A stretch of DNA of 64,000 nt, taken from assembly GCF_048593235.1 (NCBI RefSeq), contig NC_133621.1, forward strand, positions 79,723,148-79,787,147, given 5' to 3'. Both the position numbers and the translations under genes were made by a program. Shown piece by piece: positions 62,763-64,000 of the stretch. Each line of letters opens with the position of its first letter. Position 1 is the stretch's first letter. The notes below the pieces were generated by a model. The model did not search any database. It saw nothing but the letters and a program-made list of their open reading frames with translations, and was not told where the DNA came from. Source of the DNA: Sminthopsis crassicaudata. Taxonomy: Eukaryota.

Positions 62763-64000
62763 GATAATCATCTTTCAATATAATTAGTTTTCTTTGTGCT
62801 TTCCTTACCCATAGACACACATTTAAAAACATTATCCTAACGATTGATCATTTTCAAAAGATTGCCAAAGGGGTCCACAACAAATAAAAAAAAAGTTTGA
62901 GTCCTTTGTTCTAAGTAATTTCTTATTTTATATTTTATTTCTTATACCATAAAGTCCCTTATATGTAGTTCTAAATCTGTTAGTGTCTCTTATTGTTTTC
63001 ATTTTTAAAATTTTGTTTTAATTCCTCTGTAAATGTATTATTTATTCAGCTGATTTTTACTGTTATTATTAGTATTACTCAGAGTTTTCTGAGTTCATTT
63101 TCTCAGTGATTCACTCATGAAGAGTCTTGTGGCATGACCCATGAGTCATTAGTTACAGTTTCCCCATTATTGCTTGCTATTGTTTAGGGACATAGCCCTC
63201 ATATTTAAAGGAGATTTAGGGACAGTTCTTGTTTGTTGAAACTTTCTATCTTGAAAGGCACTATATATATTTGTGTATGTATCTAGATATACATATCAAG
63301 GCATAAGTATAATAAAATTCCACAAGGAATGCATTTTTTCCTTAAAGAAAGATACTTGGAAAATCCCACTATTTGCCTCTTCTATTCATCTATGGATAAT
63401 ATTTTGAATTATTTTGAATCATCCTAGAAGCAAAAAATGAAACTTTAACAGTGATTGTTTAAAGTCTTGTTTGAAGAGTGCATGTTAGATGACTATGTGT
63501 TCTACCATCTTGTATAAATCATAAACAGAATACAATGGGAATGACAGTGTTACATTTCAGTAGCTTATGCTTATATAAATCTTTAAAAAGTAGGTTACAC
63601 AATTCATTTTGTTTGATTCACACAACAATGCTGTAAGGCAGAAACTATAGGTATTAGCATCTACATTTTATAGAGGAGCAAGCTAAAACTCCAGGGGATA
63701 AATAATTTGCCTACAATTTCCCACATCTTGAGTAAATGGATCCGGGTCCAAAGACTAAAACTCTTTATTTTGTCTGATGCCATGATTTGTGCTTTTTCCA
63801 GTGGGCAACATTTTTCTTTAGTGCAAAACACAACAAAGTCTCACGATATATGTTAAATGATTGGGTCTTGAATTGTGATGACATGGATAAAGAAAACTCT
63901 ACTGGATAAGAGAACTCTTTGTACTAATATAGGATAACACCTTCCTTATTACTTGTAGTTTTAGAGAGTTAACTGACTTACTCAAGGTAATATGGTCCAC

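Larger units (their letters stand above)
1..64000 (+). other. DIP2C: Window lies entirely within the DIP2C (disco-interacting protein 2 homolog C) gene, intron 1 to intron 6; exon 1 and exons 7+ not present
   Basis: Phase 1-1 exons bounded by AG/GT splice into GDITQKGYEKKRSKLIGAYLPQPP-GVDQALPQERR...RYRS-DVHTEAVQAALAKHKERKMAVPMPSKRRSLVVQTSMDAYTPP-DTSSGSEDEG...AQTHI-ENHSAPPDVTT...METGD, which I recognise as the DIP2C N-terminus. Confidence 0.96.

Noticed and set aside
1-64000. CRISPR arrays, rRNA, nuclear tRNA/snRNA genes, prokaryotic-type systems, DIP2C exon 1 or exon 7
   Set aside because: None seen; the only tRNA-like sequences are mitochondrial copies in the NUMT

Overview
AT-rich mammalian genomic DNA, almost certainly marsupial and probably dasyurid (WSINE1-type SINEs, MAR1, RTE relics, an OC1-type hAT MITE, and a marsupial-like mitochondrial insert). 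The whole window lies inside the 5' part of DIP2C on the + strand, from intron 1 to intron 6. Five exons splice in frame and match the DIP2C N-terminus (3633-3704, 15669-15779, 39803-39928, 43306-43515, 60559-60693). A 168-nt in-frame cassette exon lies at 5560-5727. Exon 1 and exon 7 onward are outside the window. The introns hold an ~840-bp NUMT (ND4 end, tRNA-His/Ser/Leu, ND5 start; minus strand), a decayed Tc1/mariner element with a transposase remnant, hAT MITEs, a solo LTR, truncated L1s with clean TSDs, old L2/CR1/RTE/MIR relics, microsatellites and a 163-N gap. The most unusual signal is a stop-free +1 reading frame nested in DIP2C across four consecutive exons (202 codons from an ATG in the cassette exon). 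Candidate splice events nearby could feed into it or preserve it. This is a sequence-level hypothesis with no expression evidence. Almost all other ORFs in the supplied track look incidental. Repeat family names and human comparisons come from my recall, not from database searches.
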